From positions 44,176-68,175 of the forward strand of contig JBHLSH010000009.1 in the NCBI GenBank assembly GCA_048881705.1: DNA of 24,000 bases, given 5' to 3'. Source of the stretch: Candidatus Heimdallarchaeota archaeon (GTDB lineage Archaea; Asgardarchaeota; Heimdallarchaeia; Hodarchaeales; Hodarchaeaceae). The number at the start of each line of letters is the position of its first letter. Position 1 is the stretch's first letter. The translations under genes were made by a program, and so were the position numbers. The notes below the pieces were generated by a model. That model made no database searches. It was given only the letters and a program-made list of their open reading frames with translations, and was not told the origin of the DNA. This document shows positions 8,212 through 17,360 of this stretch, in pieces.

Positions 8212-9936
8212 TTAGATCAAACGATCACCCTGCCATTCACCAAAAACCTCCCTAAAAACGTCACAAATTTCACCTATGGATGCATAAGCCTTGACTGCCT
8301 CAAGGATAGAGGGCATTAAGTTTTTAGTACCTTGAGCGGCCGTTTTAATCTTCGCCAAGGCCGCTTCTACCGCTTCATTATCTCTCTCGGCTTTAACCTT
8401 ATGCAGACGAGTAATTTGGCGTTCAACAACTTCATTTTTAACCTCGAGAAGGGGAACCGTGATCTTTTCGTCTCGAGTATATTCATTCACCCCGACAATC
8501 ACACGTTGTTTTTCCTCAACCTCTTTTTGATACTGGTAGGCTGAGGTAGCGATCTCTTGTTGGAAAAATCCTTTCTCGATTGCTGGGATAACCCCACCTA
8601 ACTGCTTTATTTTCTGAAAATACTCTTCCACTTTTTGCTCCATGCGGTTTGTCAATGTTTCCATGAAATAGCTCCCCGCTAAAGGATCAATCGTATTCGT
8701 AACTCCGCTTTCATGTGCAATGATTTGCTGAGTCCGCAGCGCAATTTCTACGGCTTCCTTGCTTGGAAGAGCCAATGCCTCATCTAATGAATTGGTGTGT
8801 AAAGATTGGGTACCCCCTAGAACTGCAGCAAGCGCCTGAACTGTTGTTCTCACAACATTATTGTAGGGTTGTTGGGCCGTTAAAGATACCCCCGCAGTCT
8901 GGGTGTGAAACCGTAACCACATCGAACGGGGTTTTTTAGGATTGAATTGCCGCATATGCCTAGCCCAAATCCGTCTGGCGGCCCGATACTTGGCTATCTC
9001 TTCAAAAAAATCATTATGTGAATTAAAGAAAAATGAAAGCCGGGGAGCGAAGTCATCAACATCCATTCCAGCTTCTACTGCCCATTTGACATACTCCAAA
9101 CCATCAGCTAATGTGAATGCCAACTCTTGGATCGCAGTGGAGCCTGCTTCCCGTATATGATATCCCGAAATCGAAATGGTATTCCATCGGGGCACGTGTT
9201 CCGCACAATACTTGATTATGTCGACAATAATCCGCATAGAGGGACGTGGCGGAAAAATATATGATTTCTGGGCGATATATTCTTTTAAAATATCGTTCTG
9301 GATTGTCCCGCCAATTTGATCCGATCCCACCCCCTGTTTTTCCGCAACTGCTATATACATTGCCAACAAAATGGCCGCAGGTGCATTTATTGTCATGGAG
9401 GTAGTAACTTTGTCGAGAGGGATTCCATCAAATAGAATCTCCATATCCTTTAGTGTATCTACAGCAACTCCTAATTTGCCAACTTCACCTAGGGACATGG
9501 GATGATCGGATTCTCGTCCATATAAGGTCGGAAGATGAAAGGCTACACTCAATCCAGTCATTCCACTTGCCAAGAGGAATTTAAAACGTTGATTTGTCTC
9601 TTCTGCACCTCCGAAACCCGCAAATTGTCGCATAGTCCATAAACGCCCTCGGTACATTGAGGGTTGGACACCTCTCGTGTATGGAAACATGCCAGGATAA
9701 CCTAGCTCACTCAAATAGCTCCAGTCATCAGGTAGATCAGTCGGGTCGTAAATCCGATTGATAGGTTCACTCGAGGTGGTCATGAATTTCGATAGACGCT
9801 CTGAGTCTTCTGTTACCTTTTTATCATAGAGTTCCTCCCAATCCTGCCTCTTTTGCTTGAGAGATTCATGAGAATCTTTTTTTCCAGATATTGATGTAGA
9901 TTTATCTTTTTTGATTTCGGAGGTCTCAGTGGTCAA
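8212..9936 (-). CDS. mcmA1: Methylmalonyl-CoA mutase, large (catalytic) subunit
   Basis: [68 protein letters not shown]...[19 protein letters not shown]...; clear mutase family sequence. Confidence 0.97.
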   Translation of the reverse strand: MTTETSEIKKDKSTSISGKKDSHESLKQKRQDWEELYDKKVTEDSERLSKFMTTSSEPINRIYDPTDLPDDWSYLSELGYPGMFPYTRGVQPSMYRGRLWTMRQFAGFGGAEETNQRFKFLLASGMTGLSVAFHLPTLYGRESDHPMSLGEVGKLGVAVDTLKDMEILFDGIPLDKVTTSMTINAPAAILLAMYIAVAEKQGVGSDQIGGTIQNDILKEYIAQKSYIFPPRPSMRIIVDIIKYCAEHVPRWNTISISGYHIREAGSTAIQELAFTLADGLEYVKWAVEAGMDVDDFAPRLSFFFNSHNDFFEEIAKYRAARRIWARHMRQFNPKKPRSMWLRFHTQTAGVSLTAQQPYNNVVRTTVQALAAVLGGTQSLHTNSLDEALALPSKEAVEIALRTQQIIAHESGVTNTIDPLAGSYFMETLTNRMEQKVEEYFQKIKQLGGVIPAIEKGFFQQEIATSAYQYQKEVEEKQRVIVGVNEYTRDEKITVPLLEVKNEVVERQITRLHKVKAERDNEAVEAALAKIKTAAQGTKNLMPSILEAVKAYASIGEICDVFREVFGEWQGDRLI

Positions 9937-10478
9937 TATTCTACACCTCTTCGAGCCAAAACTTCCCTTTGGTATGGATGTTTGTGCGATTGGATTTCTG
10001 TGTGATAGTCCGCCAAGGCCACGATACTCCGCGGCGCGTTTCTTCCTGTCAAGATTATTTCCAATTTTTTAGGTTTTTGCTTAATTAGCTTAATGACTTC
10101 TGTTTTGGAAATTAATCCAAAATCTAGGGCTACATTAATCTCATCTAAGATTAGTACGTCCCAATCTTCCTTTTCCACTGCGGTACGAGCCCGAATAAGT
10201 GCAGCCTGTGCCTCTGTTATATCAATTTCTTTGGGATTTTTTCTGTCTATAAACTCTGGCCTTCCATACTGTACCAAAGTTATCTGTGGTATCGCAGTAA
10301 GCGCCCTCAACTCCCCATAATTCCATCCTTTCTTCAGCCATTGTATGATTAGAACCTTGAACCCATGTCCCGCCGCGCGAAGGGCCATCCCAAGGGCAGA
10401 CGTCGTTTTTCCTTTGCCGTCTCCCGTTACTACGTGAGTATATCCTAGTTGTTTATTTTCCATATCGTGCTTAACCAT
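9933..10478 (-). CDS. Cob(I)alamin adenosyltransferase, CobA/CobO/BtuR type
   Basis: [46 protein letters not shown]...[17 protein letters not shown]...[11 protein letters not shown]-loop and family motifs. Stop overlaps the mutase start (ATGA). Confidence 0.93.
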   Translation of the reverse strand: MVKHDMENKQLGYTHVVTGDGKGKTTSALGMALRAAGHGFKVLIIQWLKKGWNYGELRALTAIPQITLVQYGRPEFIDRKNPKEIDITEAQAALIRARTAVEKEDWDVLILDEINVALDFGLISKTEVIKLIKQKPKKLEIILTGRNAPRSIVALADYHTEIQSHKHPYQREVLARRGVEY

Positions 10479-10570
10479 TTAATGGCCTCTGAGGTCTTTG
10501 ACTGAAGTGTCCCATATCGATTTGAATTCCTTTTGATCAGTAGAAAAAGAGACCCACATATCGCTATTTT

Positions 10571-11407
10571 GTGAATAGGAATGATCAATCAATGAAATTA
10601 ATCTTAGTGACCAATGACGATGGTATTGGCGCAACAGGTCTAAGAATGCTAGCAAATGCAATGATGGAGCTTCCCTCCGAAGTTAAAACTCTTGTTGTTG
10701 CTCCTACAAGTCAACGTTCTGCTGGCGGAAAATCAATCACTTATTCTACACCTTTGCGTTTATCTAGAGAAATTGATCTTTTTGATAACAAAATCTCAGC
10801 TTACTCGGTTGATGGCACACCCGCAGATTGTGTAATAATGGGAAAATATGTAAGCAAAAAAGAATTCGGTAAAATTCCTGACCTTATTGTAAGTGGAATT
10901 AACAGTGGGGGTAATTCATCGGTCCAATCGATTCTCGCATCTGGAACATGTGCAGCTGCATTTGAAGGAGGAATTTCCGGCATTCCCTCAATTGCTTTTT
11001 CTTTGGAAGTCCCTGAAAGTGAGCTTTTTTCAAAACCAAGTCAATCCGCATCCAATTATGAGGTTGCAGCCATTCGTGCAAAAGAAATCGCCAGTAAGGT
11101 TCTTCTAAAAGGGCTACCTTCCAAAGTACTATTCCTGAACTGCAATTTTCCTTCAAGTGTTTCACTTCAAACACCAATCGATTTCGTCCCATTAGCTCCG
11201 GAAAAGTACATTGACGAAGCCATAGAACAGAAAGATCCTAGAGGAGTCCCAATATATTGGATTTGGGGGGATTTAATATCTAATCTGCAGGAAAACACAG
11301 ATGTACATTCTTTAAGTGTTAAAAAGATGATCACCTTAACGCCTATAAGCTTGGAATTCAGGCTAGATCATATATTGACTCTGAAAAAATGGTTCTCAGA
11401 AGAATGA
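10571..11407 (+). CDS. surE: 5'-nucleotidase SurE
   Basis: LILVTNDDGIGATGLRMLANAM, VVAPTSQRSAGGKSIT, VDGTPADCVIMG, DLIVSGINSGGNSS, SGTCAAAFEGGISGIPSIAFS. Confidence 0.95.
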   Translation: MNRNDQSMKLILVTNDDGIGATGLRMLANAMMELPSEVKTLVVAPTSQRSAGGKSITYSTPLRLSREIDLFDNKISAYSVDGTPADCVIMGKYVSKKEFGKIPDLIVSGINSGGNSSVQSILASGTCAAAFEGGISGIPSIAFSLEVPESELFSKPSQSASNYEVAAIRAKEIASKVLLKGLPSKVLFLNCNFPSSVSLQTPIDFVPLAPEKYIDEAIEQKDPRGVPIYWIWGDLISNLQENTDVHSLSVKKMITLTPISLEFRLDHILTLKKWFSEE

Positions 11408-11613
11408 CAAACGTATCCAATCCAACTAGTCTTTGAAAATTTGCGAAAGTAAAACGATTGACGGAACTACAGCCCAATCCATTTATGATTGAATTCCTTT
11501 TGAATTGGCGTAAAAGATTTATTACTAGCTTCTATTCAGATCTATGATCATCATTCAATCTCTATAGCATGATTTGTAGCTAAAACATCAATTCTTACGT
11601 CTTGATTGACATG

Positions 11614-11684
11614 GCCGGTGTAGGATAACGGTAGTCTCGGTGGTTGTGGCCCACCATGTCGGGGTTCAATTCCCCGCTCCGGCC
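11614..11684 (+). tRNA. tRNA-His, anticodon GTG (encoded G at -1 at 11613; C73; no encoded CCA)
   Basis: Manual cloverleaf: acceptor GCCGGTG/CTCCGGC (one U:U mismatch at 6:67), D stem GGAT/GTCT, anticodon stem GGTGG-TTGTGGC-CCACC, T arm CGGGG-TTCAATT-CCCCG. G-1:C73 is the histidine identity pair. Confidence 0.92.
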
Positions 11685-11697
11685 CTTCCTTTTTTGC
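11685..11697 (+). terminator. T-tract after tRNA-His, likely archaeal oligo-T terminator
   Basis: cttcctttttt immediately 3' of the tRNA. Confidence 0.5.
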
Positions 11698-11845
11698 TTT
11701 CGATCTTTTCTCAGAGCTTATTCCTTGTAATCATATCAGAAGACCTGTGAATTAATTTTGTATTAGTGCTCTGTCACCCAATAACCTTTCACCCAAGAGA
11801 ATAGAAAGTTATTTGACTGTTCCAAGAATCATCGGCAGAATAACC

Positions 11846-12859
11846 ATGAAAATCTCTAAGAATTCCCTCGGGTTTATTATATCTTACGATTTCCTTCCCC
11901 CCTCCCTGTGCAATGATCTTATCAAAGTCTTGGCCGATTCTGGCAGTTTTACTCATGTTTTTGTTCCCGAACTCTGGGGTTATGACGCATTTACCCAGAT
12001 AACTAGCATGGTACCCCATGCTTCCAATTTAACCTTTGGAACAGGGATTGTTAATCTGTATTCCCGAACCCCTGCCACCTTGGCTCAGACGGCTGCGGCT
12101 CTTAATACATTAACAGAAGGAAAATTCATTCTTGGTCTTGGACTGAGCGGCCCCATTGTGATTCAAGACTGGCACGGAGTTAAGTACTTTAAACACTCCC
12201 CATTGGAGAGAACACGGGAGTATATCGAAATTTTACGCTTGATTTTCTCTGGAGAGCCCGTAAACTATGATGGCCAAATATTCAAGCTAAAAAGATTTAA
12301 GATCCGAACCTTTAGCACACCTCTGGATATTCCTCTCTGGGTGGCAGCTCTCGGCCCAAAAAACCTTGCCCTAGTCGGAGAACTGGCAGATGGCTGGTTT
12401 CCTATCTGGGCCCCGATAGGAGGGTTTAAATCTCTCAAAGATGACTTAGCCAAGGGTTATGCAAACCGTAGTCCCGATCTCAGTAAACAGGTTGAAGTTG
12501 CACCGTTTCTTATTACCTGTGCATCTGAAGGCGACAAGGCGAGGCTTCTTGTTCAAAAAAACATAGCTTACTATGTGGGCGGGATGGGTGATTTTTACTA
12601 TAACTTCACAAAACGTATGGGATTTACCACTGAAGCCGAAAAAATCAGATCCGCATGGAAAACGGGCGAGAGAGAAGCCGCGGCCAAAGCTGTCTCCCAA
12701 AAGATGTTGGATAAAATTGCGGCCCTCGGGTCAGCAGAAAAAATCCAACAACGGTATCAAGAATTTCGTGATGAAGGGGTGACGCTCCCTATCTGCACCC
12801 TGCCATTCAATTGTCCCCCAGATCTGGCTATGGAGACCATCAGTGCATTTTCTGGTTGA
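11846..12859 (+). CDS. LLM-class (possibly F420-dependent) oxidoreductase; start chosen at internal ATG (ORF extends upstream to 11813)
   Basis: LGFIISYD...; HASNLTFGTGIVNLYSRTPATLAQTAAALNTLTEGKFILGLGLSGP; IPLWVAALGPKNLALVGELADGWFPIWAPI; TIM-barrel LLM motifs. Confidence 0.9.
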   Translation: MKISKNSLGFIISYDFLPPSLCNDLIKVLADSGSFTHVFVPELWGYDAFTQITSMVPHASNLTFGTGIVNLYSRTPATLAQTAAALNTLTEGKFILGLGLSGPIVIQDWHGVKYFKHSPLERTREYIEILRLIFSGEPVNYDGQIFKLKRFKIRTFSTPLDIPLWVAALGPKNLALVGELADGWFPIWAPIGGFKSLKDDLAKGYANRSPDLSKQVEVAPFLITCASEGDKARLLVQKNIAYYVGGMGDFYYNFTKRMGFTTEAEKIRSAWKTGEREAAAKAVSQKMLDKIAALGSAEKIQQRYQEFRDEGVTLPICTLPFNCPPDLAMETISAFSG

Positions 12860-12896
12860 AATCCAAGGGAAGATCTGGAAATCCTGGAGAATCACT

Positions 12897-13289
12897 TTAT
12901 TTTAGCGGTACGAACTGTGAACCGCGTGTTGCTCCAATTCCTGGAGCAGAGTGTTTGACCTGTTTGCAGGTCGGTGAATATTCCCCTAGGTAATGTCCCA
13001 ACATCTCTGGTTGCAACTCTACCCGGAGAAATTCTTTACCGTTATACACTTGTAATACCCCTCCAATCAACTCAGGAAGAATGATAAAATCGCGACAATG
13101 AGTCCGAACGGGTCGTTTACTGTCTTTGGAGGCTAGCACCTTCTCCATAAGCTTGATATGCTGCGGATCCATCCCTCGTTTCAGTGACCGTCGTTGACGG
13201 GCGGGAAGAAGTGAGATAAATTCATCCATACTCAATTGTTTGAGCTCGTCTAAAGAATAACCTCGATATTCAAATTGGCGCCGGGACAT
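12897..13289 (-). CDS. rpsS: 30S ribosomal protein uS19 (S19p)
   Basis: FEYRGYSLDELKQLSMDEFISLLPARQRRSLKRG...FIILPELIGGVLQVYNGKEFLRVELQPEMLGHYLGEYSPTCKQVKHSAPGIGATRGSQFVPLK. Confidence 0.97.
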   Translation of the reverse strand: MSRRQFEYRGYSLDELKQLSMDEFISLLPARQRRSLKRGMDPQHIKLMEKVLASKDSKRPVRTHCRDFIILPELIGGVLQVYNGKEFLRVELQPEMLGHYLGEYSPTCKQVKHSAPGIGATRGSQFVPLK

Positions 13290-13534
13290 TTAAAGCCACC
13301 GTTGATGTTCTGTGTAGACAGGCAGGTTCTTGAGGGCTATATAAATGAGAGGATGAAGAGAGGGCAGAAGCGGGGAAAGAGATGTGAGGGGTGGCCTTTA
13401 AAGGAAAAAAAAGGGGTTCCAGAACAGCCACTATCAAGCCACAGCTTGGTCAGTTGAGGTTGATTCTTCCAACCACAACGAGCGTAGTTATGATTATACA
13501 AAAACACATGATAATGTAGATAGTTGATTCCAGA

Positions 13535-13996
13535 TTGCCCAGTTACAAGTTATCTGTCTTTGGTTTGGACCCAGATCGAACCGCTGTCGCCACAGGCCGC
13601 AATCTGCGCATCTCCCCGAAACATGCGCGGGAGATCTGCCATGAAATCAAAGGGAAGTACCTAGAAACAGCCCAAGAATACCTAGAAGCGGTTCTTGAAA
13701 AGAAACGCAGCGTTCCCTTCCGTCGTTATCGAAAGAAGGTCCCCCATCGTAATGATCTGTCGAAATGGCCGACTGGCCGCTATCCACAAAGGGCATCTTT
13801 CGAAATCCTACGCCTACTTGAAAGTGCAGAACAGAACGCCTCTTTCAAGGGACTCGAGGTCAGTCGCCTCCGCATCACACATATCGCCGCCTTGCGTGGC
13901 CGTAAAATTCGAGGTTATACTCCTCGGGCGCAAGGACGCACCTCCCCAAGTAACCAGACCCTAACACATGTGGAAGTCGTAGTAACCGAGGAATGA
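13535..13996 (+). CDS. rplV: 50S ribosomal protein uL22 (TTG start)
   Basis: DPDRTAVATGRNLRISPKHAREICHEIKGK...HRNDLSKWPTGRYPQRASFEILRLLESAEQNASFKGL...GRKIRGYTPRAQGRTSPSNQTLTHVEVVV. Confidence 0.96.
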   Translation: MPSYKLSVFGLDPDRTAVATGRNLRISPKHAREICHEIKGKYLETAQEYLEAVLEKKRSVPFRRYRKKVPHRNDLSKWPTGRYPQRASFEILRLLESAEQNASFKGLEVSRLRITHIAALRGRKIRGYTPRAQGRTSPSNQTLTHVEVVVTEE

Positions 13997-14000
13997 GCTT

Positions 14001-14831
14001 ATGGCAGCACAGAAAAATTTCATTCACAAAAATATGCAGTACGTCCAAGTAATGGAGTACCTCAACGAAGAACTTAAGCTCGCGGGTCAGGGCCGAATCG
14101 AGATTCACAAAACTCCCATGGGCCATAGAGTCGTTATCCATGCAGTTCGTTTAGGAATTGTGATCGGAAGGCGCGGACGGAATGTTCGAAAAATCACCGA
14201 CATCTTGGAGCATGTTTATGGATTGGAGACCCCTCAGCTCGAAGTCCGTGATTTAGAAAACCCCCATCTCAATTCTCGGGTGATGGCAGGACGTTTGATT
14301 TCCCAAATTCAAAAAGGTTTCCATTTTCGACGTGCAGGCTACGCGTTGGTCCGGCGGATAATGGGCGCCAACGCTCGTGGTTGTGAAATCACCATCAAAG
14401 GAAAATTAACTTCACAACGGGCTCGAGCCGAGGTCTTTCGAGATGGTTTTGTTGCCAAATGCGGAGAGCCCGCGGACAAATTTGTTGACAGCGCAGTCAT
14501 GGAAGTCACCTTAAAACAAGGGGTCATTGGCGTTCATGTCAAAATCATGCAACCAGATGCAACTTTGCCTGACGATGCTGAGATCATCTTCGATGTGTTT
14601 GCCCCTCCAGAAGCTGAAGAAAAACCAGAAGAAGAATTAGAGGCAGAAGAGATCGAAGCTGAATCAGAGATCCTTGAAAAATCAGAGGCCTCTCTTGCAG
14701 AAGAAGCCTCTGAAGAAGTAGAAGAATCCGAACCATCCTCCTCAGAGAAAGAAGCAATTGGTCCTGATACTTCGGTGCCAGAAAAAAATGAGGAGCTGCT
14801 AGATGCATCGGATTTTGATAAGGAGGACTGA
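14001..14831 (+). CDS. rpsC: 30S ribosomal protein uS3 with long acidic C-terminal extension
   Basis: KNFIHKNMQYVQVMEYLNEELKLAGQGRIEIHKTPMGHRVVIHAVRLGIVIGRRGRNVRKITDIL (KH domain), RAGYALVRRIMGANARGCEITIKGKLTSQRARAEVFRDG. Confidence 0.97.
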   Translation: MAAQKNFIHKNMQYVQVMEYLNEELKLAGQGRIEIHKTPMGHRVVIHAVRLGIVIGRRGRNVRKITDILEHVYGLETPQLEVRDLENPHLNSRVMAGRLISQIQKGFHFRRAGYALVRRIMGANARGCEITIKGKLTSQRARAEVFRDGFVAKCGEPADKFVDSAVMEVTLKQGVIGVHVKIMQPDATLPDDAEIIFDVFAPPEAEEKPEEELEAEEIEAESEILEKSEASLAEEASEEVEESEPSSSEKEAIGPDTSVPEKNEELLDASDFDKED

Positions 14832-14836
14832 ATCAT

Positions 14837-15043
14837 ATGGCAATCTTACGTAAATCACAAATCCGGAAAATGAGCCTTCAAGATCGTCAGAAGAAGATAG
14901 CGGAATTGAAGACGGAATTACTTGCTGTAAAGGGTAAAACTAAGTCAGGGTCAATTGAATCCGCTGGACGAGTTCGCCTGCTGAGACAAACTATTGCCCG
15001 CCTCCACACAATTGGAAAAGAAGAAAATGAAACGCGCCGATGA
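14837..15043 (+). CDS. rpmC: 50S ribosomal protein uL29
   Basis: MAILRKSQIRKMSLQDRQKKIAELKTELLAVKGKTKSGSIESAGRVRLLRQTIARLHTIGKEE. Confidence 0.93.
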   Translation: MAILRKSQIRKMSLQDRQKKIAELKTELLAVKGKTKSGSIESAGRVRLLRQTIARLHTIGKEENETRR

Positions 15044-15317
15044 CCTTCGATTGGCAAAATCAAGCAGTATTGCCAAAATTCGCCTTCTCGGTAAACGTTG
15101 TGAAATCCTATACGGGAACCAAACATTCGCTGGAATCATCTGGAGAGAAACAAAGCATACCTTACAAATACAAACGCCTAATGGCATTAAAACCTTCCCC
15201 AAACAACAGATAGTCATTCGAATTACGTATAATGATCACACCTATGAAATTGCTGGCAAAGTAATGAAAGGCCGACCCGAAGATCGAATCAAAACATGGA
15301 TGAAACGTCAATGGTAA
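15027..15317 (+). CDS. rnp1: Ribonuclease P protein component 1 (Rpp29/Pop4 family); internal ATG start, ORF open to 14994
   Basis: LLGKRCEILYGNQTFAGIIWRETKHTLQIQTPNGIKTFPKQQIVIRITYNDHTYEIAGKVMKGRPEDRIK; position between L29 and S17. Confidence 0.92.
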   Translation: MKRADDLRLAKSSSIAKIRLLGKRCEILYGNQTFAGIIWRETKHTLQIQTPNGIKTFPKQQIVIRITYNDHTYEIAGKVMKGRPEDRIKTWMKRQW

Positions 15318-15655
15318 AAAAGAAGTACTCTCGCCACATAGGCGTCGCTCCCTCTCCTAAGAGAACATGTGATGATAACAACTGCCCGTTTCATGGCACT
15401 TTGTCAGTTCGTGGCCGATTCATGGAAACTGAAGTCATTTCAGATAAGATGGATAAAACCGTAACCGTTAAACAGTCACGGTTAGAGCTGGTAAGAAAAT
15501 ACAAACGATATGGCAGATCTACTACTCGCTTTCACGCTCATAATCCCCCCTGCATTGATGCTAAGGTGGGGGATCGAGTCCGGATAGGTGAATGCAGACC
15601 GTTGGCAAAAACTGTCTCTTTCGTTGTTATCGAAAAGATAGAAGCAGGAGACTGA
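15311..15655 (+). CDS. rpsQ: 30S ribosomal protein uS17
   Basis: DDNNCPFHGTLSVRGRFMETEVISDKMDKTVTVKQSRLELVRKYKRYGRSTTRFHAHNPPCIDAKVGDRVRIGECRPLAKTVSFVVIEK. ATG overlaps the Rpp29 stop. Confidence 0.96.
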   Translation: MVKKKYSRHIGVAPSPKRTCDDNNCPFHGTLSVRGRFMETEVISDKMDKTVTVKQSRLELVRKYKRYGRSTTRFHAHNPPCIDAKVGDRVRIGECRPLAKTVSFVVIEKIEAGD

Positions 15656-15659
15656 CCTC

Positions 15660-16076
15660 ATGAAAAAACGTAAAGCCCTTCGATTAGTAACTCGGCGTAT
15701 CACGCGCGCATTACCTACTGGGGCGAAAGTTCAGGTTGCTGATAACTCCGGAGCTCGAATTGTCCAGGTTATTAGTGTCAAGGGGCATAAAACCCGTCTA
15801 CGGCGACAGCCAGCGGCTAAAGTAGGCGACCTTATCGTCTGCAGTGTAAAAAAGGGCACTCCAAAATTACGCCGCCAAATTGTACACGGCGTTGTAATAA
15901 GACAAAAAAAGCCCTACAAACGCGCCGACGGGAGCTGGGTACACTTTGAAGACAATGCCATTGTTGTAACGAATGAAAATGGAGAACCCCGTGGGACTGA
16001 AATCCGAGGAGCTGTTTCAAAGGAAGCAGCCGATTCCTGGCCCCGTATCGCCAGCGCCGCTCGGATAATTGCCTGA
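15660..16076 (+). CDS. rplN: 50S ribosomal protein uL14
   Basis: LPTGAKVQVADNSGARIVQVISVKGHKTRLRRQPAAKVGDLIVCSVKKGTPKLRRQIVHGVVIRQKKPYKRADGSWVHFEDNAIVVTNENGEPRGTEIRGAVSKEAADSWPRIASAARIIA. Confidence 0.97.
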   Translation: MKKRKALRLVTRRITRALPTGAKVQVADNSGARIVQVISVKGHKTRLRRQPAAKVGDLIVCSVKKGTPKLRRQIVHGVVIRQKKPYKRADGSWVHFEDNAIVVTNENGEPRGTEIRGAVSKEAADSWPRIASAARIIA

Positions 16077-16092
16077 CGAGAGTGAAAGAACC

Positions 16093-16566
16093 ATGGACTC
16101 TAAGACACGCGATCCACGGAAAAACCGCAAACGTTCCTATGCCGATGGCACTTTTGAAAGACATCGTCATATGTCCGTTCGTCTATCTAAAGATTTACAA
16201 AGCAAATATAAGGTTAAAAAAGTACCTGTACATCGTGGTGACACTGTATATGTAGCAGCGGGAGATTTTATTGGAACTGAAGGTAAGGTACTCACTGCCA
16301 ATTATAAAACTAAACGCTTGGAGATCGATGGTATCTCTCGTGAGAAAGCGGATAAATCCAAGATCTTATATCCTATTCATACATCCAAAGTAGTCATTCG
16401 TCGGTTTGGCAAGGTCGATCGATCTAGGAAGGCCATCCTGGAACGTCGAGCCAAAACCACTGTTGATGTGGAACCAGAAGATATCCTGGAGCCAGAAGAA
16501 GAAATCGAAGAGATTTTCGAGGAAGAGGATGACGATCTAGAAGACCTTTCCCAGGAGGAAGAGTAA
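16093..16566 (+). CDS. rplX: 50S ribosomal protein uL24 with acidic C-terminal tail
   Basis: HMSVRLSKDLQSKYKVKKVPVHRGDTVYVAAGDFIGTEGKVLTANYKTKRLEIDGISREKADKSKILYPIHTSKVVIRRF; internal ATG preferred over the TTG at 16069. Confidence 0.94.
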   Translation: MDSKTRDPRKNRKRSYADGTFERHRHMSVRLSKDLQSKYKVKKVPVHRGDTVYVAAGDFIGTEGKVLTANYKTKRLEIDGISREKADKSKILYPIHTSKVVIRRFGKVDRSRKAILERRAKTTVDVEPEDILEPEEEIEEIFEEEDDDLEDLSQEEE

Positions 16567-16580
16567 CGGAGTGAAATATC

Positions 16581-17360
16581 ATGGGAAGTAAAGGCATTTC
16601 ACGACATAAAAAACGCTTGAATGCTCCTATCACTTACTCGATTGCCCGCAAACACGGTGTCTTTACCGTTCGACCTTTACCAGGAAAACGAAAGGAGGTC
16701 TCTCTACCTTTGGGTATTATTCTCCGAGAAATCCTTGGGTACGCCAAGACCCTTTCGGAGGTAAAAAAAATCCTAAAGAAAGAGATTGTCAAAGTTGATG
16801 GACAGGTCATGACAAGCTATAAATCTCAGGTAGGATTGCTGGACACCCTAGAAATCACCGCAGCTGATGAATATTACCGTTTGATCCCCTATCGCGGTAA
16901 ACGTCGTCTCATGCTCCGTCCAATATCGTCTGAGCAGGCGTCCCGCAAGCCTCTTCGGGTTGAGAAGAAAAAAACTGTCCGTGGCGGCCTTGTTCAATTA
17001 GCTTTTCATGATGGACGAACCCTCCTTATCGATCCCACAGCCAAAGGTGGGCCACCTATCGAGGAGATCTCTCCCAAGAACACCGTCCTTTTCAACCTAG
17101 AAACCAAAGAAATTGAAGAAAACTTCTCTTTTTCTGAAGGAAACTTGGGATTAGTTATTGGAGGCCACAATGTCGGTTTGAGCGGAGAAATAAGCGAAAT
17201 CGAGACGCAATTGGGAAGAAAAAATCGAATTGTTACCCTCAACACGGAAGAAGGACCCATCAAAACCACAGATAACCACATTTTCATTATTGGCCAGAAG
17301 AACCCAATTATCGATCTTTCCCCCCTAGCCCCCGAAGGAGAATCGGATACCGATGAGTAG
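16581..17360 (+). CDS. rps4e: 30S ribosomal protein eS4 (S4e)
   Basis: GSKGISRHKKRLNAPITYSIARKHGVFTVRPLPGKRKEVSLPLGIILREILGYAKTLSEVKKIL...VKVDGQVMTSYKSQVGLLDTLEI...GLVIGGHNVGLSGEI. Confidence 0.96.
   Translation: MGSKGISRHKKRLNAPITYSIARKHGVFTVRPLPGKRKEVSLPLGIILREILGYAKTLSEVKKILKKEIVKVDGQVMTSYKSQVGLLDTLEITAADEYYRLIPYRGKRRLMLRPISSEQASRKPLRVEKKKTVRGGLVQLAFHDGRTLLIDPTAKGGPPIEEISPKNTVLFNLETKEIEENFSFSEGNLGLVIGGHNVGLSGEISEIETQLGRKNRIVTLNTEEGPIKTTDNHIFIIGQKNPIIDLSPLAPEGESDTDE

Noticed and set aside
7765-9936. Considered as a split/frameshifted single-gene methylmalonyl-CoA mutase
   Set aside because: Separate catalytic and B12-binding subunits are the normal archaeal arrangement. Both ORFs are complete with their own starts.
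14534-14836. Minus-strand 100-aa Ser-rich ORF
   Set aside because: Antisense of the Glu-rich uS3 tail. The serine richness is a trivial consequence of reverse-complemented GAA/GAG codons.
15832-16170. Minus-strand 112-aa ORF
   Set aside because: Antisense to uL14/uL24; no family features.
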